Shown here: piece by piece, positions 1-7,317 of the stretch
Layout: every line of letters starts with the position of its first letter
Numbering within the stretch: position 1 is the stretch's first letter
Origin: an uncultured virus (IMG/VR IMGVR_UViG_3300020050_008099)
Lineage: Duplodnaviria; Heunggongvirae; Uroviricota; Caudoviricetes
IMG/VR virus record: IMGVR_UViG_3300020050_008099
Direction: 5' to 3' (one strand)
DNA: 64,000 nucleotides
Notes under the pieces: model-generated
Databases searched by the model: none
The model's input: only the letters and a program-made list of their open reading frames with translations
What the model was told of the DNA's origin: nothing
Made by a program: the position numbers and the translations under genes

Positions 1-28
1 ATGGGGCGGGATGCGGCGGCTGCATGGC
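1..28. repeat. Terminal overlap identical to 63973-64000 (circular or circularly permuted assembly)
   Basis: atggggcgggatgcggcggctgcatggc occurs at both ends. Confidence 0.95.
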
Positions 29-195
29 ATACAATGCAAGCGGAGACCGCCATGGGGGCGCTTTGCTGCGGAAGCGATAACTACGAAATTCGTCGCGCAG
101 GGCGGGTTAGTGACATGCACCGGGGGCATTCCGAAGCCATCCGCGCCCTGACCCCGCCCGCCGATCTGGCGGCGAAGATCGGGGGTGAGGGATGA
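1..195 (+). CDS. 3' part of a hypothetical protein starting at 63718 and spanning the circular join
   Basis: ATG 63718 is in frame with 63973 (= position 1); ends PADLAAKIGGEG. Confidence 0.7.
   Translation: MGRDAAAAWHTMQAETAMGALCCGSDNYEIRRAGRVSDMHRGHSEAIRALTPPADLAAKIGGEG
155..189 (+). repeat. 35-bp direct repeat, copy 1 (copy 2 at 577-611)
   Basis: cgcccgccgatctggcggcgaagatcgggggtgag at the 3' ends of two consecutive genes. Confidence 0.9.
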
Positions 196-614
196 CCGAA
201 TTGAAACAGACAAACACAGTTGAAAAAGCCTGCCCAGAATGCCCGTTCAGGCGGGGTAGCGCGCCCGGATACCTTGGCGCCGCCAGCGGTGACCCGCAAG
301 GCTTCCTCAACCCGCACTGGAACGCCGGTGTCCCGCTCCCCTGCCATATGCAGGTCGATTGGGAAGCCGAGCAGACGCAGGCTAATATTGAGTCTAAACC
401 GCTTTGTCGCGGCCTCCTGACGATGATGAAGAACGCGGCCAAGCTGCCGGAAAGTGCCCGGGTCCGCCTTGCGAGAGACATCGTTGAAGCCGACCGGGAA
501 ACCTTCTTCTCTTTCCCCCATGAGTTCCACCAGCACCACGGGGGGACAGGCCACGGTGAGATGCCGCATAGCTATTCGCCCGCCGATCTGGCGGCGAAGA
601 TCGGGGGTGAGTGA
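192..614 (+). CDS. Hypothetical Cys/His-rich phage protein
   Basis: CPECPFR, CH and CRG motifs; ATGA-coupled to neighbours. Confidence 0.7.
   Translation: MTELKQTNTVEKACPECPFRRGSAPGYLGAASGDPQGFLNPHWNAGVPLPCHMQVDWEAEQTQANIESKPLCRGLLTMMKNAAKLPESARVRLARDIVEADRETFFSFPHEFHQHHGGTGHGEMPHSYSPADLAAKIGGE
577..611 (+). repeat. 35-bp direct repeat, copy 2
   Basis: Identical to 155-189. Confidence 0.9.
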
Positions 615-949
615 TGATCGTCACGCTTGCAAGCGGGAGGCGACAGGCACGAAAGCAACATCAGTGCTTTCACTGCTACAGGGATATTCCAGTTGGGACT
701 GTTCACGGCTTCCAGACCAACAAATACGACTACGTGTATACGATTCGATGGCATCTCGACTGCGAAGATCTGGCAAATGAATGCCGAATTCTGGCCGGAG
801 AGCAATTCGATGACGAAGGCTGGGGGCCGCTTCGCGACACTTGGTGCGGTAGCGGCGAATACAAAAATGAATGCGACTTATGGCGCGGGTTTTATCCGCA
901 CGTAGTTGCAAGAATGGAACTTTCAGATCAATTGCGGGGTGAGGAATGA
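611..949 (+). CDS. Hypothetical Zn-binding phage protein
   Basis: ARKQHQCFHC...HLDC pattern; coupled start. Confidence 0.7.
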   Translation: MMIVTLASGRRQARKQHQCFHCYRDIPVGTVHGFQTNKYDYVYTIRWHLDCEDLANECRILAGEQFDDEGWGPLRDTWCGSGEYKNECDLWRGFYPHVVARMELSDQLRGEE

Positions 950-1146
950 CCGGGTCGGATCGGATTTGGATTGATCGTCACGGCGGAAACTGGTCTCCGG
1001 TAGATGGCGGGACGCAAGATGTCGAATACGTTCGCCGCGACCCCGCCGTCCTTGCCGCGCTGCCCGAGTTTCTGGCGTTGCTTGAGGCGTCGGGAGTATT
1101 TGATTGCGCGCTGACCAAATCAAGAAGGGCACCAAATGACAAATGA
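946..1146 (+). CDS. Hypothetical protein
   Basis: Coupled ORF with GAGG RBS. Confidence 0.55.
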   Translation: MTGSDRIWIDRHGGNWSPVDGGTQDVEYVRRDPAVLAALPEFLALLEASGVFDCALTKSRRAPNDK

Positions 1147-1366
1147 GGCAGCAACAGGTTTTGAACCAAAATACTCTCTAAATGAAGTTGTCCGTCTTGG
1201 GGATGGGAGTATCACCTGCCGAATTGAGGAAATTATCTTCTCTCGTGGTATGTCTTCACCACTATATCTAGTTGAATGGTGGGTTAATGGGAGTCCACAA
1301 TCATGTCGAGTGCATGAGTCTGACCTCTCTCCCAGAGAAGATTTTGTAGCAAAAATCAAGTTTTAA
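1136..1366 (+). CDS. Small SH3/KOW-like (YodC/DUF2158-like) protein
   Basis: PKYSLNEVVRL...YLVEWW...VHESDL pattern. Confidence 0.5.
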   Translation: MTNEAATGFEPKYSLNEVVRLGDGSITCRIEEIIFSRGMSSPLYLVEWWVNGSPQSCRVHESDLSPREDFVAKIKF

Positions 1367-1499
1367 GGTGAAACATGAAACTTCCTATCATCATTGTCAA
1401 AAACAAGAAAGAAGAAGAGGAAAAGATGAAACCCACAATCACCTACAAAGCGCCTGATGAAAAAACCTACCTCTTGAATGCGGTGGCGGCGCTTGACTG

Positions 1500-1721
1500 A
1501 TGGCCTACCCCATTGGTACAAGAGTTGTCCGAGGCCCCACTTGGGTGTGGTACAATCAAGATGGTGGGATGGGTAATGTAGGGGTTATTTTAGGGGAATT
1601 TTTTGGTGAAAAATGGCAAAAAGTGCAGTGGCCAAACGGCAACGTTCTTGCTTATAGAACTGGTTATGGGTTTCTCGATGTAGTCCCTGTAGAAGTAAAA
1701 CCATTGGAGAGTTTCTTATGA
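1500..1721 (+). CDS. MIB/HERC2-like domain protein with C-terminal KPLESFL tag
   Basis: GTRVVRGPTWVWYNQDGGMGNVGVI...VQWPNG...YR matches the Mib_herc2 pattern. Confidence 0.7.
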   Translation: MAYPIGTRVVRGPTWVWYNQDGGMGNVGVILGEFFGEKWQKVQWPNGNVLAYRTGYGFLDVVPVEVKPLESFL

Positions 1722-1821
1722 TTTACGTCTTGCTTATCATTTGGTGCGTTCTTTGGCCAGTTTTTATTGGCTGGTTCACCTCTCGTAATAAGTATTGGGA
1801 ATGGGTGTGGTTGACTAAGGA

Positions 1822-2082
1822 GTGATCATGGATCAAAATATTCTCTTGACAATGGAGGAGCTTAAAAGACTCTGGAAGTTGTGGGTAAACGACTCGAACC
1901 GTTGGAGGTTCGGACAATACGTCATGCACATGAAACTCCCTGCCATGCACGCCTGTCCAAGTGTTTATTTTGCAGACACTGGAACAGCTTGGGAGCTGTT
2001 ATCAAATCATGCGGCAGGAGTCAAACCTTTGAATGTTATTCGTCTCGGTGGCGGGGAATATTTGGAAGAGTGCTACATCTAA
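1822..2082 (+). CDS. Hypothetical protein
   Basis: ORF with AAGGAG RBS. Confidence 0.6.
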   Translation: MIMDQNILLTMEELKRLWKLWVNDSNRWRFGQYVMHMKLPAMHACPSVYFADTGTAWELLSNHAAGVKPLNVIRLGGGEYLEECYI

Positions 2083-2094
2083 TTTAAGGTTCTT

Positions 2095-2155
2095 AGGTGG
2101 TGTAGACAACAGTTACTTCGTGTGCAGAAAAAATGCTGTTGTCGTTTGTTCCCCT
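2095..2155 (+). ncRNA. Y-RNA-like element, copy 1
   Basis: AGGTGGTGTAG-ACAACAG-TTACTTCG...CTGTTGTC-GTTTGTTCCCCT; upstream of Ro60. Confidence 0.6.
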
Positions 2156-2163
2156 GAATAAAT

Positions 2164-2235
2164 TAATAGGTGCTGTAGTTGTGAGATACTTAGTATTGTA
2201 AACTTTTAAACCTCACAACGCTTGTTGCCCTATTA
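2164..2235 (+). ncRNA. Y-RNA-like element, copy 2
   Basis: TAATAGGTGCTGTAG-TTGTGAG-ATACTTAG...CTCACAAC-GCTTGTTGCCCTATTA. Confidence 0.6.
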
Positions 2236-2340
2236 CAGAGGCAGACCCGGTGGGTGGTAGAAATGGCAGAGGGCTAACGTAAGTTGGTGGGCCTCATGCG
2301 CTCCGGGTGAAGAAATACCCACTCACTTTCTATTGTTCTG

Positions 2341-2406
2341 CTCTTTGTGTCGTAGATAGCACTTACTTAGGCATATTAGATGTGCTGTCGAATCATTACC
2401 AGAGAG
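2341..2406 (+). ncRNA. Y-RNA-like element, copy 3
   Basis: CTCTTTGTGTCGTAG-ATAGCAC-TTACTTAG...GTGCTGTC-GAATCATTACCAGAGAG. Confidence 0.5.
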
Positions 2407-2413
2407 TAGAATT

Positions 2414-2668
2414 ATGGAGATTACTTTAATGATCAACTTTGAAAACTGGGAATTGACTCCCCCAAACAAAAACTTAGGTAACATTTTGTGGAAAGTTCAA
2501 TTTCATAACCAACACATTGGTTATGCCATCAAACGTTGGCGATTTAGCAATCACTTTCTCCTCACCATGATTTCAACAGATTTTTCTGTTTTCCAACGGG
2601 CAGGCATCGTGGCGTTGTTTGACGCAACTTTTGGGGCGAATGGTAACTATTTTACACAAGAGGTGTGA
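2414..2668 (+). CDS. Hypothetical protein
   Basis: ORF coupled to Ro60. Confidence 0.55.
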   Translation: MEITLMINFENWELTPPNKNLGNILWKVQFHNQHIGYAIKRWRFSNHFLLTMISTDFSVFQRAGIVALFDATFGANGNYFTQEV

Positions 2669-4038
2669 TCATGTCTTCACTGAACAAACTTAAAACTACC
2701 CCTATCACCACGCATGGTGGAGGAATTGCCATCCGTCTTTCAAACCTTCAAGAACTTCGTCGTTCTGTCCTCGCTTGCCTTTTGTGGGAGAATCAGTTCT
2801 ACGAAAACGGAGAGGACATTGCTGCTCGTATTCTACGATTGGCAGACAGGGTTACGAAAGAAGAGTTGAGCGAACTAGCTGTGGAAGCCCGAGAGGTGTT
2901 TGGTCTTCGTCACGCACCTCTCCTCCTTCTCTGTGCCCTCATCAAACGTAAGGGAGAGGGTGTCTCCGACACCATCGGTCGTGTAATCAAACGTCCAGAT
3001 GAGATGGGAGAATTACTCTCCATTTATCAAAAGATTGGCAATGTAAAAATTGCAAAGCAACTTCAAAAAGGTTTGGCTAAAGCTTTCGTGAAGTTTGACG
3101 AATACCAATTGGCCAAATACAACCGAGAAGCTAAATGGACTCTACGGGATGTTTTGTTCATCTGCCACGCAAGGCCAAAAACCCCAGAGCAAGATGCGTT
3201 GTGGAAAAAGCTTATCAACAATGAGCTGGCCACCCCACTGACTTGGGAGGTAGAGCTTTCAGCAGGTAAAGACAAGGGGGAGGTTTTCACAAACCTCCTC
3301 AAAGAAAAGAAACTCGGTTATCTGGCCCTCCTTCGCAACCTGAGGAACATGGAACAATCCAATGTGCCCAGAGACCTTGTGAGAGAGGCCCTACAGCGTG
3401 GTAACGCTGGGGGTATCCTCCCCTACCAATTTGTTGCTGCATCGCTTCACGCGCCCTCCTATGCAGCAGAATTGGACAGCAAGATGCTTGACATCTGCAA
3501 CACCCTTCCAAAACTTTCTGGACGAACTGTCCTCATCGTAGATATTTCCGGTTCGATGGGAGCATCCCTCTCTAAACGGGGGACTATGTCTCGTATGGAT
3601 GCAGCTTGTGCCCTTTCTGTTGTTCTTCGTGAATCATGTGACGATATTGCTGTGTATGCAACGGCTGGTAATGATGGTAGACGTACTCATGCTACAGACA
3701 TTGTAGCTGGCTATCGTGGTCTCGGACTCATCCCTGCTATCAAGGCCAAGAACAAAACCCTTGGGGGCGGCGGAATTTTCCTTAAACAGGTGATGGACTA
3801 TATTGGGGAACGTGAGCAGGACGTTGAACGTGTTATCATCATCACAGATGAACAAGACTGTTCAGCCCGTCCTGAAGACCGCCCTTCCAATGCTATTGCT
3901 CTTGGTAAGAGAAACTACATTGTGAATGTAGGCTCTTACGAAAATGGGATTACCAATACCCGAAAAGGTTGGATCAATCTCACTGGATTCTCTGAAAATA
4001 TCCTCCAATACATCCAAATCATGGAGAATGAAGAATGA
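2665..4038 (+). CDS. rsr: Ro60/Rsr TROVE-vWA RNA-binding protein
   Basis: THGGG...LLWENQFYE; FDEYQLAKY; PLTWEVELS; ALLRNLRN; vWA DISGSM and IIITDEQ. Confidence 0.92.
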   Translation: MIMSSLNKLKTTPITTHGGGIAIRLSNLQELRRSVLACLLWENQFYENGEDIAARILRLADRVTKEELSELAVEAREVFGLRHAPLLLLCALIKRKGEGVSDTIGRVIKRPDEMGELLSIYQKIGNVKIAKQLQKGLAKAFVKFDEYQLAKYNREAKWTLRDVLFICHARPKTPEQDALWKKLINNELATPLTWEVELSAGKDKGEVFTNLLKEKKLGYLALLRNLRNMEQSNVPRDLVREALQRGNAGGILPYQFVAASLHAPSYAAELDSKMLDICNTLPKLSGRTVLIVDISGSMGASLSKRGTMSRMDAACALSVVLRESCDDIAVYATAGNDGRRTHATDIVAGYRGLGLIPAIKAKNKTLGGGGIFLKQVMDYIGEREQDVERVIIITDEQDCSARPEDRPSNAIALGKRNYIVNVGSYENGITNTRKGWINLTGFSENILQYIQIMENEE

Positions 4039-4424
4039 ACAGTCTTAGCTGGTTTCTGTATTTTGCAGGGGTTGTGGAGGGCATTGCAGGGGTCTTCTTT
4101 TTTGCAATGGGCGTCTCGATTGTTCTTATCATCGGCAGTTTTGCTTACGGGGCTTTTATCCTAGGGGACCTAAGAGAGTTACCTGTAGGTGCAGAAAAAT
4201 ACTACACCGATATTAGGAACAATGCTTTGAAAAAAGTGTGGATTCCTATCATCATTTGTCTATTTGCTGTGCTTATACCAAGCTCACAAACCCTGTATTT
4301 GATTGCAGGAAGTGAGCTTGGAGAGACAGCAATCAATTCCCCAGAAGCAAAAGCCCTTTACGAAGACATTCGTGGGGTGATTCAATCCTATTCAGTTTTG
4401 TCAGAAGCAAAAGAGATCAAATAA
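4035..4424 (+). CDS. Membrane protein
   Basis: Two hydrophobic segments; IPSSQTLYLIAGSE motif. Confidence 0.7.
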   Translation: MNSLSWFLYFAGVVEGIAGVFFFAMGVSIVLIIGSFAYGAFILGDLRELPVGAEKYYTDIRNNALKKVWIPIIICLFAVLIPSSQTLYLIAGSELGETAINSPEAKALYEDIRGVIQSYSVLSEAKEIK

Positions 4425-4603
4425 TGGAAAAACGTTCCCCCCTTAACATTGGCCGTAGCCGTGAGCGCAACACTCGAAAACAGGCCCGACACACCGAAAA
4501 CGTTGCTTATCGAGCTTCTCTGCACAGGGAGAAGGACTCAGCCGATTTTGTCAAGAAAGACCTTGTACAAAGGAACATCGACGCAATTTCTAAACGAGGT
4601 TAA
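4424..4603 (+). CDS. Small basic hypothetical protein (59 aa)
   Basis: Manual translation MEKRSPLNIGRSRERN...ISKRG; overlaps the upstream stop. Confidence 0.55.
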   Translation: MEKRSPLNIGRSRERNTRKQARHTENVAYRASLHREKDSADFVKKDLVQRNIDAISKRG

Positions 4604-4605
4604 GA

Positions 4606-4852
4606 ATGTTTAAGGTTGGTGAGCTTGTAAGAAGGAAAAAAAGAGTTTTTAGATGAGGGTGGCTGGCAACATTATTGTTTGAGAATCTACAAAAGGGGTA
4701 AAGAAGAGCCTTTTGTAATTGTAGAGGCGTATGATGGTTACGGTGGTAAGCCTGATGCCGCAAGAATCAGGTTCGCTGGCGATAATGCTCGCTGGCAATC
4801 TGAGAGATTTGAACCAGCATACCTCATAAAACCTCTGGAAGATTACCTATGA
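4606..4852 (+). pseudogene. SH3/KOW-like small protein with KPLEDYL tag, +1 frameshift in an A7 run
   Basis: MFKVGELVRRKK; removing one A at 4636-4642 gives EFLDEGGWQ...YLIKPLEDYL*. Confidence 0.7.
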
Positions 4853-5028
4853 TCGTTGTTGCACACTCAGAAAGACATTGGCCAAGACCTTTCATTGTAA
4901 TGCAAAGAACTCTTATGAAAGGTTGGATTGTCCTAGGAAGAGAAGAGACACGAGAAAAAGCCGAAGAATTTGCCCTTTTGTGTAAAACCACCCCGACAAA
5001 ACTGAAAAACCTGTCAGACTTTTTATAG
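4849..5028 (+). CDS. Small protein (59 aa) with C-terminal KNLSDFL tag
   Basis: Manual translation MIVVAHSERHW...KLKNLSDFL*; ATGA coupling. Confidence 0.65.
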   Translation: MIVVAHSERHWPRPFIVMQRTLMKGWIVLGREETREKAEEFALLCKTTPTKLKNLSDFL

Positions 5029-5037
5029 GAGATAATA

Positions 5038-5382
5038 ATGTCTGCACTTGATCACCGTCATGCTCTGAAGTTCTCCCTCTTGGGGGTTATCCAACAACAA
5101 CGAATTCTTGCCCGTCTTGAAAAAGACTACAAGAAAAAACCTCTTCAAAACGCTGAGGATAACCGAGCGGATGTGATGCGTTGGCATCGTCGTGTCCGTC
5201 TTAGCCGAGAGGCTCGTGCCATCAACCTCTACAGGGCCTTCCTCAAAGGAATTCCCTATATGAAGGTGGAGACCAACATTCGAGAAGAATCTCTAGACCC
5301 CATTTGTGTGTTTCGAGATTACTACAACCAAACCATGTTACCAAAAGACGAGTGGGAATCCTTCGTTAAATGGGTTGGTTAA
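5038..5382 (+). CDS. Hypothetical phage protein
   Basis: AGGAG RBS; EARAINLYRAFLKGIPYMKVE motif. Confidence 0.7.
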   Translation: MSALDHRHALKFSLLGVIQQQRILARLEKDYKKKPLQNAEDNRADVMRWHRRVRLSREARAINLYRAFLKGIPYMKVETNIREESLDPICVFRDYYNQTMLPKDEWESFVKWVG

Positions 5383-5389
5383 GGAAAGA

Positions 5390-5428
5390 GTCCCCCTTAA
5401 CCGGGGGACAATTTCTTTTTTTTTTTTT
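5390..5428 (+). terminator. Rho-independent terminator
   Basis: GTCCCCC-TTAACC-GGGGGAC followed by a T tract. Confidence 0.75.
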
Positions 5429-5473
5429 CGTGTCCTCGCCACAGTGTAGGCAAAGTGTCATAATAAATCTTTC

Positions 5474-5555
5474 GGGTGTGTACCTGAGCCGCCTTCTAAG
5501 CGGACGTTAAATCAGTAATTGGAGTATGCGGGTTCGAGTCCTGCCACGCCCACCA
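5474..5555 (+). tRNA. Atypical D-armless tRNA-Arg(TCT)-like RNA
   Basis: GGGTGTG/CACGCCC-A-CCA acceptor; CCGC-CTTCTAA-GCGG anticodon arm; GCGGG-TTCGAGT-CCTGC T arm. Confidence 0.65.
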
Positions 5556-5600
5556 TTCCCATACATTGTGTCGGGAGTTCAAATCTCTCCGGGGATACCA
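5555..5600 (+). ncRNA. tRNA remnant or minihelix (acceptor plus T arm only)
   Basis: ATTCCC/GGGGAT-A-CCA; GGGAG-TTCAAAT-CTCTC. Confidence 0.5.
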
Positions 5601-5621
5601 ATAAAGAAATTGAGGTGTTAT

Positions 5622-5819
5622 ATGGAATCCTATTGGTTTAACATTAAACTAACCTTGTTACAAAAACTTAAAATTCAGCTTAGAATTGCCGATGAAAAAG
5701 CTGGTTACCCTTTCTCTGAAGCAATGTATACAAGTATAATAGACTACGAGAGTCGAACGGGGAAGTCTTTTGGAGTGGAGTTAGAGATTTTAGAGAGGGC
5801 TGCCGATGGAGCTTTTTAA
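5622..5819 (+). CDS. Hypothetical protein
   Basis: GAGGTG RBS before ATG 5622. Confidence 0.6.
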   Translation: MESYWFNIKLTLLQKLKIQLRIADEKAGYPFSEAMYTSIIDYESRTGKSFGVELEILERAADGAF

Positions 5820-6037
5820 ACGAGGAGATTTTGTCGTTAGGTCTAAAGAGCATTTTACCTCCGCTTGGTTAACAGCTTGTGAACAAGTTGGGGCCTCCCC
5901 AGAATCTCCAAGACGTGTAATCCGTTGTGATGGTGACGGAGATATGGTTCTCTACGGAATGTTAACTACGTGGGGGAGTTGGTGTTTTTTTTTCGTCACA
6001 CACACCTGACTTAAAACCTTTGGAGGATTACTTGTGA
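5806..6037 (+). pseudogene. SH3/KOW-like small protein with KPLEDYL tag, +1 frameshift in a T9 run
   Basis: MELFKRGDFVVR...; removing one T at 5985-5993 gives ...SSHTPDLKPLEDYL*. Confidence 0.7.
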
Positions 6038-6324
6038 TCGACGAGGTAAATTTTCTTTTTCGCTGCCTACAGAACAACCTTGAAGAGGGTACACTTTTTG
6101 AGAACTTACCACATTCTCTCCAAGAAAGAAAAAACCTCTTAAGAAAAATCTACTTACAAGGTAACAAGTCTCTTCTTAATAGGCATTTCAACTTCTCTTG
6201 TTGTCAAAAGTTTTATCATGTATTTTTACGTGATTTATACTTAGGATACCCAGGAAGTATGAAAAGCTGGTCTGACGCCTTTGAGAAGGTTGACCACCCA
6301 GAACCCCTCGAAAGTTTTTTGTAA
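6034..6324 (+). CDS. Hypothetical protein with PEPLESFL tag
   Basis: ORF track; coupled start. Confidence 0.65.
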   Translation: MIDEVNFLFRCLQNNLEEGTLFENLPHSLQERKNLLRKIYLQGNKSLLNRHFNFSCCQKFYHVFLRDLYLGYPGSMKSWSDAFEKVDHPEPLESFL

Positions 6325-6333
6325 GGAAATTCT

Positions 6334-6714
6334 ATGAAACTATTCACCTACGGCTCCCTTAAAACAGGCTATTGGAACAATCGAATTCTTGAGGGAGCAA
6401 CGTCCCTTGGGAAGGCAGTTACGAAAAAACCTTACACCCTTGTTGATGTAGGTTTTCCCTACGCTCTGACCCAAAAGATTGGACATCCTCAAAAACCTAT
6501 CATAGGTGAGGTGTTTGAAATTGACGATAACCACCTGCTACGGTGTGACCGTTTGGAGGGGCACCCAAATCATTACGTTAGACGTAAGGTTATGGTTCGC
6601 TTAACTGATTTAGACGAAGAGGTGGAAACGTTCATCTACGAGTATGATGGAACTGGTAGACAAGCTTCGTTATGTCAAGTGGATGATAATGGTTATTATT
6701 ACTGGGCGGGTTAA
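6334..6714 (+). CDS. Gamma-glutamylcyclotransferase (AIG2/GGACT-like)
   Basis: LFTYGSLKTG...N; GEVFE; DRLEGHP..YVR. Confidence 0.9.
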   Translation: MKLFTYGSLKTGYWNNRILEGATSLGKAVTKKPYTLVDVGFPYALTQKIGHPQKPIIGEVFEIDDNHLLRCDRLEGHPNHYVRRKVMVRLTDLDEEVETFIYEYDGTGRQASLCQVDDNGYYYWAG

Positions 6715-6781
6715 TTAAAAACCCCTAGTTATATATAGTCAGATTTTAGGGTTTGTCAAGGGGTAAATATAAATTTATTTT
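6710..6781. repeat. 72-bp element, exact reverse complement of 38252-38323; holds a sigma70-like promoter on the - strand
   Basis: Base-by-base comparison; TTGACA...TATATA on the - strand. Confidence 0.9.
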
Positions 6782-6796
6782 CTAAGGAGATAAGGC

Positions 6797-7021
6797 GTGT
6801 TTAAAGTAGGGGATTTAGTTGTTTTAGTAGAAGAACTTCGGAAAAGGTCCGATTGGAAAAATTTTCTCAAAAAATACTATAAAAAATCTCCAACAGATGT
6901 TTTTCGGATTAGAAAAATCATAAACGATGAACTTGTAATTATAGAAAACTGCGATATACCTTGGAACACCTGCTGCATTAAATTCGTCCCAGCACCACCA
7001 TCACTTGAAAGTTTTCTTTGA
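6797..7021 (+). CDS. SH3/KOW-like small protein with PSLESFL tag
   Basis: MFKVGDLVVL start; AAGGAG RBS. Confidence 0.7.
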   Translation: MFKVGDLVVLVEELRKRSDWKNFLKKYYKKSPTDVFRIRKIINDELVIIENCDIPWNTCCIKFVPAPPSLESFL

Positions 7022-7305
7022 TGCAAGATGTTTATTTTCGTTTTATAACCGATTACCTAGCTGGAAAAATACGCAATTATGACCACATAAGACACCCCGT
7101 AAAAACCCCCTATGACACTCTTTTCAGGATGTGTTATGGACCACACACCAGAGACGCTATTATGAGTTCATGTTCTTGGGGGGGTGTGGGAGAACACTAT
7201 GAAATAGATTTAGGAATTTGGCACGTACAGGGTTATGTGCCCGAAGATTTCAAAAGGGTGTTTAACGAGATAACTTCCCCAAAACCCTTAACAGATTTCT
7301 TGTAA
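7018..7305 (+). CDS. Hypothetical protein with KPLTDFL tag
   Basis: ORF track. Confidence 0.65.
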   Translation: MMQDVYFRFITDYLAGKIRNYDHIRHPVKTPYDTLFRMCYGPHTRDAIMSSCSWGGVGEHYEIDLGIWHVQGYVPEDFKRVFNEITSPKPLTDFL

Positions 7306-7317
7306 CAGGAGAATCAA

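Noticed and set aside
1822..2082. Possible tenth member of the tagged family (internal VKPL, end YLEECYI)
   Set aside because: Does not end in L-x-x-[FY]-L-stop.
2095..2406. CRISPR-like mini-array
   Set aside because: Units share structure rather than identical repeats; no regular spacers or cas genes.
5526..5621. N-terminal extension of ORF 5526-5819
   Set aside because: Overlaps tRNA-like elements; ATG 5622 has the RBS.
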